A DNA stretch of 64,000 nucleotides, from IMG/VR virus record IMGVR_UViG_3300027806_000039, positions 9,310 through 73,309 of that record. One strand, 5' to 3'. Below, piece after piece: positions 17,509 to 26,614 of the stretch (position 1 is its first letter; the number at the start of each line of letters is the position of its first letter). The stretch is from a virus. The position numbers and the translations under genes were made by a program. A model generated the notes under the pieces. It was not told the DNA's origin. It saw only the letters and a program-made list of their open reading frames with translations, and searched no databases.

Positions 17509-18654
17509 TCAATCCTTCGCCAGCGGCATCACGATGCAGCGGCAGTCCTGTGCTCGCAGCACGACCGCCGACTGCTCGTTCTCGGCCTCGATCTCAATCG
17601 TCTCCTCGTCATCGAACGACCCGCAGCCGAGCCACTCCGTGACGAACCGCGGGTCGAGGCTCACGCTGCACGTGTCGCCCGACTCGACCAGATCACACGT
17701 GCATGACGCCTCGCCGGCCTCGGCAGAACAGCTCGTCAGATGCAGCCCCTCGCCCGTGAAGGCAAACGTCACGCCCTTCGACTGCTCCGAGGTGCAGATC
17801 GCGGCCTGCCGGCACGCCGCACGCAGCGCCCCGACCACAGCCGACGACGGCTTCACCGTCCGCGTCGGCTCTACGTCACGCCAGTTCGGGAACCGGCCAT
17901 CGACTAGCACCGCCCGGATCGTCGTGCCGCCGATCTCGGCCACGATCATCCGGTCACTTGCGTCGATCTGGATGCGGTCATCCGATCCCGCCAGCCGGCA
18001 CAGCACATCGACCACCCGTCGCGGCACAATCGGGGCTCGCCGCTGCCCGTTCTTCGGCTCACGCACGAAGTCATCGGTGGACACGTCCACCTCGCACTCA
18101 GCCACGCACATCCGCCGGCCATCGGTGCCGATAAGCGACAGCATGCCCTTGTAGAACTCGATCAGCACACCACCGAGGGCGTAGCGGCTGCTCTCGTTAT
18201 CCGTGGCGAAACGGACGGAATTCATCAGCGTGACGAACTGGTCACCCGGCAGATGTACCATCGGCTTCGCGTCCACCTCGCCGGCTGCCGGGAACTCCCG
18301 AGCGTCTTCGACAGGCAGTCGCCACTGGCCACGGCCCGAGCGGACGATGCACGACGTGCCGTCCGCCAGTAGTTCCACGGTGTCGCCCTGGTCGAGCGAC
18401 CCGACGATCTTGGTCAGCCGCTCATGCGGCAGTAGCAGATCCGGCCCGTCATAGCAGTCGAGAGGCGTCGTGATCCGCAGTTCGAGGTCCGTGCCCGTCA
18501 GCGTCTCGCCGGAGAGCAAAACGTTCGACAGGATCGGCTTCGGGCTGCGGGCCTGAACAGCCGGGGCCACGGCGTGCAGCGCACGCTTGAGGTCTGCCAC
18601 CGACACGCTCGTGCCGGTCACACGCTTCTTTCGTTCCTTCGTTGCTGTCGTCAT
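17509..18654 (-). CDS. dnaN: DNA polymerase III beta sliding clamp
   Basis: PILSNVL, GTDLE, SRYALGGV, GTDGRRM, GRFPNW, IVMP; 381 aa. Confidence 0.92.
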   Translation of the reverse strand: MTTATKERKKRVTGTSVSVADLKRALHAVAPAVQARSPKPILSNVLLSGETLTGTDLELRITTPLDCYDGPDLLLPHERLTKIVGSLDQGDTVELLADGTSCIVRSGRGQWRLPVEDAREFPAAGEVDAKPMVHLPGDQFVTLMNSVRFATDNESSRYALGGVLIEFYKGMLSLIGTDGRRMCVAECEVDVSTDDFVREPKNGQRRAPIVPRRVVDVLCRLAGSDDRIQIDASDRMIVAEIGGTTIRAVLVDGRFPNWRDVEPTRTVKPSSAVVGALRAACRQAAICTSEQSKGVTFAFTGEGLHLTSCSAEAGEASCTCDLVESGDTCSVSLDPRFVTEWLGCGSFDDEETIEIEAENEQSAVVLRAQDCRCIVMPLAKD

Positions 18655-18762
18655 TGCGAGATTCCTTTCTCAACTGGAGTGAAACACCTACCGCCACCCC
18701 GAGTGCGAACGTGCACGCGAGGAGAAGTTCGCCAATCGCCACCATCACGAAGTCACTGATGG

Positions 18763-18996
18763 TCATGCCGCACCGCCTTTCTGTTCGCCGTAGCAGACCC
18801 GACGAAGCAAGTCGCGCTCCGCTTCCGCCACCTCCACCGCCGACGCCAGCGTCACGCAGCGGTCGGCGGTCTTGTCGATGGCCTTCGCCGCCAGGAGCAA
18901 GACGATGGCGGTCATGTTCACCGTGTGCTCGTCGCGGGCAGCCGCCCGGCACTGCTCCGCGATGTCGCGGAGGCTGAGGGGTTCAAGGCCGCTCAT
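18763..18996 (-). CDS. Hypothetical protein
   Basis: ATGA-coupled ORF. Confidence 0.55.
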   Translation of the reverse strand: MSGLEPLSLRDIAEQCRAAARDEHTVNMTAIVLLLAAKAIDKTADRCVTLASAVEVAEAERDLLRRVCYGEQKGGAA

Positions 18997-19259
18997 GCGC
19001 CACCTCCGACAAGCTCGAGGCCGGCTGGCGTGAGGCGGATCGTGCGGCCGGAGCGGTCGCAGTAGGTCAGCATCCCGCGTTCGCGGAGTAGCCGTACGTG
19101 CGTCTGGCTTGCGTTGGGACTCGCGAAGCCGAAGGCACGGCAGATTTCCCGCCGCGTCGGGCCGTAGCCCTTCTCCGCGATGTAGGAGGCCACCCAGCGG
19201 AGGATCTCCACTTGGCGGGTGGTTGGGGGTGGGGATTCGATTGTCGTGGTCATGGTCAT
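18993..19259 (-). CDS. LexA-type N-terminal DNA-binding domain protein (no protease domain)
   Basis: RQVEIL...GYGPTRREICRAFGFASPNA...H...L...RTIRL. Confidence 0.85.
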   Translation of the reverse strand: MTMTTTIESPPPTTRQVEILRWVASYIAEKGYGPTRREICRAFGFASPNASQTHVRLLRERGMLTYCDRSGRTIRLTPAGLELVGGGA

Positions 19260-19765
19260 GCTCCGATGGCTATTGGCTGGATGTCACCGCTCGGCGTCAC
19301 GCGGCCGAACTGCGGAATCTCCCCGAGCAGCCGACGCCGTGCGTAATTCAGCAGGCGAACGGCAGATCGCGAGTGCATCTGCGGCAGCTTGTCCAAAACT
19401 CGCTGCTCGATGTCGTCAAAGTCAGCAGCCGACGACATGTCGATCAGCACAACGAAGTCTTGCGAAAGCCGCTTGTCTTCGTCGTCGTTGATGTTCAGTT
19501 CCAGCTTCGGCTCGGGCTTCGTCGTCTGACGCATCGCTTTCCTCTGCGACAGCCCTAGCTCGCGGTATTCGTCCAGAATCCACTTGAGTTGCGGGTACAG
19601 CGTGTCGCGGGTTCGCTTCACGTTCTTCAACGCCGCGTAGAGCAAGTCCTGATCGACTCGCTCGTGGCTCAAGTCGTCCTTCCACAGACGGCGTTCCTCG
19701 TCTGACCACTGGCACTGCGGCCAGAGCTGGTTGATCGACGTTCGGTTTTCGTCCCACGTTCTCAC
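19256..19765 (-). CDS. Hypothetical replication-region protein
   Basis: Coupled downstream of the initiator. Confidence 0.6.
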   Translation of the reverse strand: MRTWDENRTSINQLWPQCQWSDEERRLWKDDLSHERVDQDLLYAALKNVKRTRDTLYPQLKWILDEYRELGLSQRKAMRQTTKPEPKLELNINDDEDKRLSQDFVVLIDMSSAADFDDIEQRVLDKLPQMHSRSAVRLLNYARRRLLGEIPQFGRVTPSGDIQPIAIGA

Positions 19766-20565
19766 AGGTTCCCTCCTGCTGGCTGACGTTCTCGGTGCTT
19801 CCGTGCATCATGCTTGGGGTGGTCAAACTCCCCAGCCAAGATCTTGTCTACGAACTCAAAGAACTTCGTGACCGCCAACGGCTTCTCGAAGAACTGGCAC
19901 CGTGGCAATCGCTCCATTGCCAGCCGTGCGCGATCCAGCCAACCTGGCGTAGCGGCGTAGTCCACCCACGCCGAAGGGGCGATGAGAGGCTCCCAGCGGG
20001 CCGCCCGATCCGTGACGTTCCAGAGGGGCACAAACTCAGCCCATGCCTCTGCTGCCCAGCCAGGACGGCGAAACTCGTTTCCGCTGTGTGTGTGTGTGTT
20101 TTCTAAGGGAGAAGGGTTAAGGGAATGGGGAGAGGGGAGAAGGGAGAAGGCCCGGCTAGTTCCGGAATTTCCGTGACCGGCCGCGGAAGTTCCGTGACTA
20201 GTCATGGAATTTCCGTGACTTTGCGTTTCGCCCGTGTTTTGTGGGGGTTCTGGCAGTCCCTCAGACGTTTCCTTTGGGTGCGGGTTCTGGTGCTTGGCGA
20301 ACCCGTTCACTTGAACGAACGTCCTGCCGTCAACGGTGTACAGCTGGACAAAGCCGCGGGCCGCAAGCTGCTCCATTAGGCCAGCCACATCGCAGTTGTC
20401 GTATGGCAACAGCTGCGCCTTGATCTTGGCGTGGCGGCACTCCATGCGGCCGTCGCGGTCAACGAGCGTCCAGAGGCCAGCGAACAGCAGGCGGGCCAGC
20501 GGGTCGCACTCGGCCAGCATGTCATTAGAGAAAAAGCCGGGCTTAAGAAGGCGTGTCCGTGCCAT
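19762..20565 (-). CDS. Phage replication initiator (lambda O-like arrangement)
   Basis: MARTRLLKPGFF...ARLLFAGLWTLVDRDGR...FAKHQNPH; internal repeats. Confidence 0.8.
   Translation of the reverse strand: MARTRLLKPGFFSNDMLAECDPLARLLFAGLWTLVDRDGRMECRHAKIKAQLLPYDNCDVAGLMEQLAARGFVQLYTVDGRTFVQVNGFAKHQNPHPKETSEGLPEPPQNTGETQSHGNSMTSHGTSAAGHGNSGTSRAFSLLPSPHSLNPSPLENTHTHSGNEFRRPGWAAEAWAEFVPLWNVTDRAARWEPLIAPSAWVDYAATPGWLDRARLAMERLPRCQFFEKPLAVTKFFEFVDKILAGEFDHPKHDARKHRERQPAGGNL
20164..20219. repeat. Three 14-bp iteron-like repeats GGAA(T/G)TTCCGTGAC with 21-bp period; candidate origin
   Basis: Copies at 20164, 20185 and 20206 inside the initiator gene, next to a purine tract and (GT)n at about 20086-20150. 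Confidence 0.7.
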
Positions 20566-21367
20566 CCGTGGCTCCTTCAGTTTGCGGTGGTCCGGAGTTG
20601 ATCTCGTCGAGCACCTGGCTTTGAAACTGCGTCCATGACGTGACTCGCTTAGCGAGCCACTCCAGCCACTCAATGCTGACGCCGACGGCCTTGGCGTCCT
20701 CTAGCAATTGCATGCATCGCCAATCGTTCAGGTAGCGGCATCGGTTCCGAAGGATGCCGCGGATGTAAAAGAGCTTTGCAGCGCCAGGGTTCTTTTCATC
20801 AGCCTTTCGGACGGCCACTACGCGGCCGATCTTCCAGAACCACTCATTCGTGACGCCATCGCGATCATCCTCGACGCGTGATGACTGCATCGCCCTGTCG
20901 GCTGCTTCGTGTATCGCGCTACAGATAGCGTCAAACCCGTGGCGTTTGATTAGCTTTCTGATTTCGTCACGCGCGGATGGAGTCCATGTGCAGCCCGCTT
21001 GGCCGATTGACTCAAACCAAAGCGACTGGGCCAGATCGACGGCCTGGTCATTGAGGTCAACGAGCGACATATGCCACTGATGCAGCATTTCCAGTTGCTG
21101 CCGTCGCTCTTCAAGGTCTTCTAGTTGCGACCGCCGCTTTTCAATCGCGGACGAATCCGAGAGTCGCTTATCCGACTTGCCAGCGTTGCACGCGCGGCAG
21201 GCTGTCGCGAGGTTCAGCAAGTCATTGGTGCCACCTGCCGCGACGGGCGTGATGTGGTCAATCTCTAGCACCACGTCAGGGGCCTTGCCGCCACAGTATT
21301 GGCACGTGAATGAGTCTCGCTTAAAGACCTCGAACCTCACCGACTTCCGAATTGCTTCTCTTTCCAT
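20543..21367 (-). CDS. HNH endonuclease domain protein
   Basis: RFEVFKRDSFTCQYCG...IDHITP...NLATACRACN. Confidence 0.9.
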   Translation of the reverse strand: MEREAIRKSVRFEVFKRDSFTCQYCGGKAPDVVLEIDHITPVAAGGTNDLLNLATACRACNAGKSDKRLSDSSAIEKRRSQLEDLEERRQQLEMLHQWHMSLVDLNDQAVDLAQSLWFESIGQAGCTWTPSARDEIRKLIKRHGFDAICSAIHEAADRAMQSSRVEDDRDGVTNEWFWKIGRVVAVRKADEKNPGAAKLFYIRGILRNRCRYLNDWRCMQLLEDAKAVGVSIEWLEWLAKRVTSWTQFQSQVLDEINSGPPQTEGATDGTDTPS

Positions 21368-21385
21368 CTCTTCTTTCCTTTGTGT

Positions 21386-21856
21386 TCAGCGGCGAGGGTC
21401 TTTCAGCATTTGCCGCAAGTTGGCAAACGCCATCTCCATGTCGCGGAAGACTGAGTGGCCCCAAGGCTTGCTATAGAGGTGCATCATCAACAAATCGTCA
21501 AACAGCCTCTTGCCCTCAATAAACCCGTAGAGTTGCTTTTCCACCCCTACAGCGTCATCGCAAAAAACGATTGACCACTCTCCGAACGTCTTGTGCACGT
21601 ACCACCCTTCTTCGTCATCCATGCGCTCAATAAGATCGTGCGGGAAGACAATCGTGTTTGACTTCCTTCCATTGCACGTCTTGCAAGCAGTCACTTTATT
21701 GATGTCGTGGTCGCTTCCGCCTCGTGATCTCGGTATCAGGTGATCAACTTCAAGCGCATCTGAACCAGGCATTGCGCCGCAATAGCGGCACGCAAACCTG
21801 TCTCTGTGCAAGATCTTGAACCTCGCCGTCCTGTCTTGACGCCATGCAGTCTTCAT
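21386..21856 (-). CDS. HNH endonuclease domain protein
   Basis: RDRFACRYCG...VDHLIP...ACKTCN. Confidence 0.88.
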   Translation of the reverse strand: MKTAWRQDRTARFKILHRDRFACRYCGAMPGSDALEVDHLIPRSRGGSDHDINKVTACKTCNGRKSNTIVFPHDLIERMDDEEGWYVHKTFGEWSIVFCDDAVGVEKQLYGFIEGKRLFDDLLMMHLYSKPWGHSVFRDMEMAFANLRQMLKDPRR

Positions 21857-22086
21857 TCGATTACTCCTTCCTCAACGATCACCACTTCCGCCTTCATCTT
21901 CCCCCTCGTCTGCAACCATTCCCTCCGATACGCCTCAAACGAACGCGGCCCAAAGTCCTTGACCCAGTTCACGTACGCGATCACGCACTGCTCGATCTCG
22001 GGATCGCGGTTCTGCTCATCTCGCTGCTTGCGTGCGGCGAGTTCATCTCGCTGCTTCTCCTCTTTCCATGACAGTTCTTTGGCCAT
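21853..22086 (-). CDS. Hypothetical protein
   Basis: AAGGAG RBS before MAKELSW. Confidence 0.55.
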   Translation of the reverse strand: MAKELSWKEEKQRDELAARKQRDEQNRDPEIEQCVIAYVNWVKDFGPRSFEAYRREWLQTRGKMKAEVVIVEEGVIE

Positions 22087-22158
22087 CCGTAGCTCCTTTT
22101 CCATTCCGCCCCGCCGCGTCGAAGCGGCTTTCGCGCCTATCGCGAGGGCGGCCTGCAC

Positions 22159-22986
22159 CTACAGCCACGGGCAGTCAGGAATCGGGAATCGTGCATCAGC
22201 CCTGCAATACAACTTGCTGAGGCTGCGTCCTTCGAGAAACGCGCGAAGCGCCGTGCATGAACGCATAAACAACTCCTGCCTCGCTTCACTTCCGCCTGCA
22301 TTCAGCGGAGTTGTCAGCAGGAACTCACGCAGCTTGATGGCCGCACTCTCGTCCGGTGCAGCACCGACTCCCGAGTGAAGCAAAGACTTGAACCGTTCCA
22401 AGTCAACGTGACTCTGAGTGAACCAAGCGGAAGCAATCGCCGCAGACACTGCGGAATTTGAAAGACCCCTGCACGCCTTCGGCGGAACCGCAAACGCCAT
22501 GGCATCGGCGACGTGCTCGCAAAAAATGGCGAACTTTCCAGTGTCAAAACACTGGTTGTTCCATACCGTCTCGTTCCTTGCCGCGTGGTAGTCCTGCCAC
22601 AACGCCCGACAAATTGCCACCTCCGTCTGCGACAACTTCATTCCCATGAAGTTGAGGACGTTGGTGATGGAACGCGGCCTGCCACTGTCGATGGCATGAA
22701 TCAGTTCTTGCGAAAGCCCCCACGTGACCATCATTTCAACAGGCGTATCGCCGCTGGCGATTGCGGCCAAGCGATGCTGACCATCGGCCAAGCTGCCGTC
22801 AGCGTAAAAGGCGATGCCTTGGTGCGTTATCTTCCACTTGCCTTCAGCAATTTGCTGACGCATCAGAGAAACGCGATGCTGATTGATCGGCCTGTTGTTC
22901 TCGTTCTTAAGCAACCACTCGGATGCCATCTCTGGTGTCACAAGCACGCGCCGCGTCGAAAACCCATCGCACACTGCGGTAGCCAT
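22159..22986 (-). CDS. ParB/Srx-like N-terminal domain protein
   Basis: VTPEMASEWL..N..NR, GKW, LADGQHRLAAI, IDSGRPRS. Confidence 0.75.
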   Translation of the reverse strand: MATAVCDGFSTRRVLVTPEMASEWLLKNENNRPINQHRVSLMRQQIAEGKWKITHQGIAFYADGSLADGQHRLAAIASGDTPVEMMVTWGLSQELIHAIDSGRPRSITNVLNFMGMKLSQTEVAICRALWQDYHAARNETVWNNQCFDTGKFAIFCEHVADAMAFAVPPKACRGLSNSAVSAAIASAWFTQSHVDLERFKSLLHSGVGAAPDESAAIKLREFLLTTPLNAGGSEARQELFMRSCTALRAFLEGRSLSKLYCRADARFPIPDCPWL

Positions 22987-23035
22987 ATCTCGTCTCCTTT
23001 GCTCTCGCGATTCCTTTCACCAACCCGGCCGCACG

Positions 23036-23338
23036 TCAACGCGACGCCGCCGCAACTTTCCATTCCCGCTCGTGCCGCCCACTCGCGCTCCTCACCAGCC
23101 GGCCCGTCTCAGCGATCAACCCGGCCTTGGCGAGTTCATGCAGCCGCCTCCCGATCTGATGCGGGACTAGGCCGCAACGCGCCGCGATTGCTGACGCACC
23201 GCCTGGAGCCGCGGCCAGCGCCTCGAGGATCTGCCGGTGGTGCTCGCCGCGGAACCGCTTGGCATCCGCAGCAGCGATCCGGCTCGTCACCGGGTCGGTG
23301 CGGCGAAAGAGCGGGAGGTCTTCTAGGTCTGTTGTCAT
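23036..23338 (-). CDS. Winged-helix DNA-binding protein
   Basis: RRTDPVTS..AA, RRLHEL.KAGLI.ETG. Confidence 0.7.
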   Translation of the reverse strand: MTTDLEDLPLFRRTDPVTSRIAAADAKRFRGEHHRQILEALAAAPGGASAIAARCGLVPHQIGRRLHELAKAGLIAETGRLVRSASGRHEREWKVAAASR

Positions 23339-23367
23339 GTGTCGGCACTCCTTTGCCTTTGTCCGTT

Positions 23368-24189
23368 TCACATCAACTGAGGAGGCTTCGGAGTCTTGCT
23401 CCGCAGCTGGGACCAATCGCAATATGCCTGCTCGAAAAGTGCAGGCGACCGATGCCCGAGGTGAAGCCGGCCTGAGCCAGCCTGGGCCATCTCGCAATGA
23501 GTCGCTGAAGAACGCCTCAGGAACTTCGACGTGCCAGCGACTCCGCAGCCGTCGAGGTGCGACCGCATGATCCGCATGCATTGGCGAGGCTTGGCCACCC
23601 ACCCCAGAATCCGCCCGTCGGGCGAGCGGGCCAGCATAGCGTGCACGGCTTCAAGGCACGCAGGGGAAAGGGTTCGCGTCAACGGATCGCCCGTCTTGCT
23701 CTGCGTCCACGAAAGCGAATCGCCGTCGAGCTGGTCGCCGCGGAACGACATGACATCTCCGAACCTCGCGCCGGTTTCGTAGCCAAGAAGCAGCCACGCT
23801 CGCAAAAACGTGCCGTGATCGGCACCGCTGCGCAGTCGCTTGCCATCATGCTTGCTCGCGTTGGCGACGACGGCCTGGAGTTGCGATACCGTCCACGCCT
23901 TCGTGGGCTTGCGGCGAGCCTTCATCCGCATCACGCCGCGAGGCGCGACATCCATCAAGCCGGTTTCGTAAGCCCAGCGCCAGAGCGAAAGCAGGATCGT
24001 CCGCTCACTGCGGACGGTGATGCCGCTGACCTTCTCAACGCGGGCCAGCAAGTAGCGGTTGATCCGCTCGGCCGCGACGACGCCCGCGCGTCCAGCAATC
24101 CGCCTCACATTGTGCGAGTAGAGATTGGAGACATGTCGCTCAGCGAGATAGAGCGGTGCGATCTCTGAGAATGTCGTGGGCGTGCTCAT
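23368..24189 (-). CDS. Tyrosine recombinase 2
   Basis: ETGARFGD (R), QSKTG (K), KFLRR (HxxR variant), LGH, AY. Confidence 0.8.
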   Translation of the reverse strand: MSTPTTFSEIAPLYLAERHVSNLYSHNVRRIAGRAGVVAAERINRYLLARVEKVSGITVRSERTILLSLWRWAYETGLMDVAPRGVMRMKARRKPTKAWTVSQLQAVVANASKHDGKRLRSGADHGTFLRAWLLLGYETGARFGDVMSFRGDQLDGDSLSWTQSKTGDPLTRTLSPACLEAVHAMLARSPDGRILGWVAKPRQCMRIMRSHLDGCGVAGTSKFLRRSSATHCEMAQAGSGRLHLGHRSPALFEQAYCDWSQLRSKTPKPPQLM

Positions 24190-24357
24190 TGCAGGTATTC
24201 CATTCCTTCCGTGTATTGGCCGCGTGACGTGCGGCATCCGGTCGAGTTACTCTTGGGAGGCGCGAGCCTCGACTGCGGTGGTCTGTGCGATACTCCCGCG
24301 GAACGACCCATGCGGCTCCGATGACAGCCGCTCGGCAAGGGTGTGCCGGTCGCAAAG

Positions 24358-24603
24358 TCAGTAGCCAAGACGATCCGCCAACGCTTCCTCTTGCTCCGTG
24401 CGTGGTCCGTTCGTGCCACCTCGCAGCCGCACCGGCGGCAGGTTTCGCCACCGCTCGCGAGCCGCCGCCTCTCGCCTCCGCTCCTCGATGGCTTCTGCTC
24501 GCGACTCCTCTTCGATGTCGCGATCAATGGAATCGAGGTAGGCGTTCCATCGCCGGTTCGACTGCATCCGATCCTCGTCAGGTTCGCGGTCGTCAGCGTC
24601 CAT
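24358..24603 (-). CDS. Hypothetical protein
   Basis: Charged 81-aa ORF in operon. Confidence 0.5.
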   Translation of the reverse strand: MDADDREPDEDRMQSNRRWNAYLDSIDRDIEEESRAEAIEERRREAAARERWRNLPPVRLRGGTNGPRTEQEEALADRLGY

Positions 24604-24619
24604 GCGTCTCGTCTTTCGA

Positions 24620-25096
24620 TCAGAAGGGGATGTGGTCAGCATCAACCGCAACCTTCGCGGCTGCCGTTCGCGGTGCCGCCTTCGGCTTGCTCGCCGCCGC
24701 CGGCTGGGCAGGCAGGTACTTCTTGACGACGGCCGAGACCTTGCCAGCCTTCGACGTGTAGTGACTCACCTCGACCGTGATGACACGCCCGACCAGATCG
24801 TTCGGATTCAGGCTGAGCACGCCGCCGGCCACGTCGTTGCCGCACGCCGCGGCCAGCTGCTTCGCACGCCAGCCGAGATGCTGCGGGATGTCGTCAAAGA
24901 CAAACCGGAACCGGCCGTTCACGGCCGACAGACGCAGCGACAAGCAGTCGCCGTTCGGGTTCTCGTCGCACTGCTTGTAGGGGTTCGCCTTCTCTTCCGC
25001 CGACTTGATCTCCATCAGATGCGTGCCCGCCGGCACGATGTCGAACTCGGCAGGCGTGGTGGTCATGGGGTCGTCTTGCTGAATGGTGAAGTCCAT
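24620..25096 (-). CDS. DUF669-like ssDNA-binding protein
   Basis: IVPAGTH..EIKSAE...DLVGR; acidic ..IPF C-terminus; follows Sak4-like ATPase. Confidence 0.7.
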   Translation of the reverse strand: MDFTIQQDDPMTTTPAEFDIVPAGTHLMEIKSAEEKANPYKQCDENPNGDCLSLRLSAVNGRFRFVFDDIPQHLGWRAKQLAAACGNDVAGGVLSLNPNDLVGRVITVEVSHYTSKAGKVSAVVKKYLPAQPAAASKPKAAPRTAAAKVAVDADHIPF

Positions 25097-25116
25097 TTCT
25101 CTCGGTCCTTTCTGTT

Positions 25117-26067
25117 TCAGGCCACATGGGCCGGGGTGTTGCTGTTCTCGAACGCCAGAGCGACGCGCCTCTGCGAGGCGATCCGCCCAATCTCTTCCGC
25201 CGTAGCCTGCGTCATGCGTCCACTCACGACTCGGTCGGCCAAGGCCATGACAAGCTGGTCGATCCGCTCCACCGTGGTGGCGTCGGCAATCGCCTTGCTG
25301 GCTGACGCCACGACGTTCATGTCGATGTCCACCGGGAACGGTGCCGGCGAAGCCACCGGCTCGCTGTCTGACAGCCACGCAGCAAGCTTGCGGCCCGTCT
25401 CGACCGTGATGGGCTTCGGATCGCCGGAGAAAAGTCCAGTGCGGTCCTTGCTCACCGTGGCGTAGTGCCCGTTGTGAATCAGATCCAGGCAGACCGTGAA
25501 CTCGTACTCCAGGCCGTCGCGGGCCTCGAGCTTCATGCCGAGCTTCTCGACTCGCTTCTTTCCGTTCGGGCCTTCCGACTGAGCAGTCTCGGTCTTTGCC
25601 CGCCCGGTGCAGATCATGTGCTTGGGCGAGTGGATGATCCGATCTACGAACCGCCGCCACCGCGGAGTGATGACGCTCCAGGCGCTCCACGTATTTCCCT
25701 TGAACGATGCCTTGGCAACGTCGTCAAGGATTTCAAGGCATCCGCCGGGGCCGCTCCAGCACTGCGTCACCGAGTCGATGACGATCACGTCGTAGCCAGC
25801 CTTTTCGGCTGCGTCGATGGCTTCGATGTAGGCTTCCGGCGTGAACGGTGGCCTCAAGTCAATGACATCGAATTCATAATCCGAGAAGTTCGGATGCCTC
25901 TGGTCGTAGGCGTCGCTTGAGCCTTCTTCCGTGTCGATGACGACACATCGACCACCGAGCCCGCGGGCAAGTTCCAGCCCGCCCCATGTCTTTCCGCTGC
26001 CGCTCGGTCCTGAGAGCAGTAGCCGCAGTTTGGTGGCACTGCGGCGGGCCTTTCTGATCTGAACCAT
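25117..26067 (-). CDS. AAA_24 / Sak4-like recombination ATPase
   Basis: GPSGSGKT, IDTE, VIDS, EYEF, KDRT. Confidence 0.88.
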   Translation of the reverse strand: MVQIRKARRSATKLRLLLSGPSGSGKTWGGLELARGLGGRCVVIDTEEGSSDAYDQRHPNFSDYEFDVIDLRPPFTPEAYIEAIDAAEKAGYDVIVIDSVTQCWSGPGGCLEILDDVAKASFKGNTWSAWSVITPRWRRFVDRIIHSPKHMICTGRAKTETAQSEGPNGKKRVEKLGMKLEARDGLEYEFTVCLDLIHNGHYATVSKDRTGLFSGDPKPITVETGRKLAAWLSDSEPVASPAPFPVDIDMNVVASASKAIADATTVERIDQLVMALADRVVSGRMTQATAEEIGRIASQRRVALAFENSNTPAHVA

Positions 26068-26210
26068 GTCGAGTTCCCTTCGTTTTCGTTCCGTTGTGAA
26101 ATCCCGCTCTGCGTCATGCTCGGCGGGCTGATCCATCCCTTCCGTGGTCTGCCGGTTCCACCGGCTCCTTTCCGCCCGCTGGCCTCCTGCCGGCTGGCGT
26201 TCCTTGTTCG

Positions 26211-26483
26211 CTAGAACGGCACCGCCTGGGCGTCGGTGACCGCGTAGTGCAGGCTGCCGCGATCCGGCACATGACGCCGAACGTGGTAGGTGTCGTCGGT
26301 GAGCACCTCGACCACGACGCCAGCGAGCAACTCGCCGGCTTCGTGCCACTTGATCCGGTCGCCAACGGCGTAGGTCGTCGTGAGCTTGCCGTCGCGGATG
26401 ACGCCGCGACCGCCGTAGGTCTCGTTCATCGCGGCCACAGCACCGTGGTATTCCGCATCACCGGGCATCATTTCGCTGTTCAT
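26211..26483 (-). CDS. Hypothetical SH3/Tudor-like protein
   Basis: YAVGDRIKW...GVVVEV..YHV. Confidence 0.6.
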   Translation of the reverse strand: MNSEMMPGDAEYHGAVAAMNETYGGRGVIRDGKLTTTYAVGDRIKWHEAGELLAGVVVEVLTDDTYHVRRHVPDRGSLHYAVTDAQAVPF

Positions 26484-26510
26484 GCGTCAAACTCCTCTGG
26501 TTGGGGGGCG

Positions 26511-26538
26511 TAATGTACCCGCGTACATATATGGGTCA
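26511..26538 (-). promoter_or_regulatory. Sigma70-like promoter
   Basis: TTGACC-N16-TACATT upstream of 26483. Confidence 0.55.
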
Positions 26539-26614
26539 AGGGTCTACTAAACGATTTTTTGTGCCATGTTTTCCCGTGCGAAACGCACATTGGCGGTACT
26601 CGATTGCAGTAGCG

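Noticed and set aside
18449-18766. Hydrophobic ORF MTISDFVMVAIGELLL... upstream of dnaN
   Set aside because: The 5' part may be real, but the frame overlaps dnaN by about 200 nt, so boundaries cannot be supported
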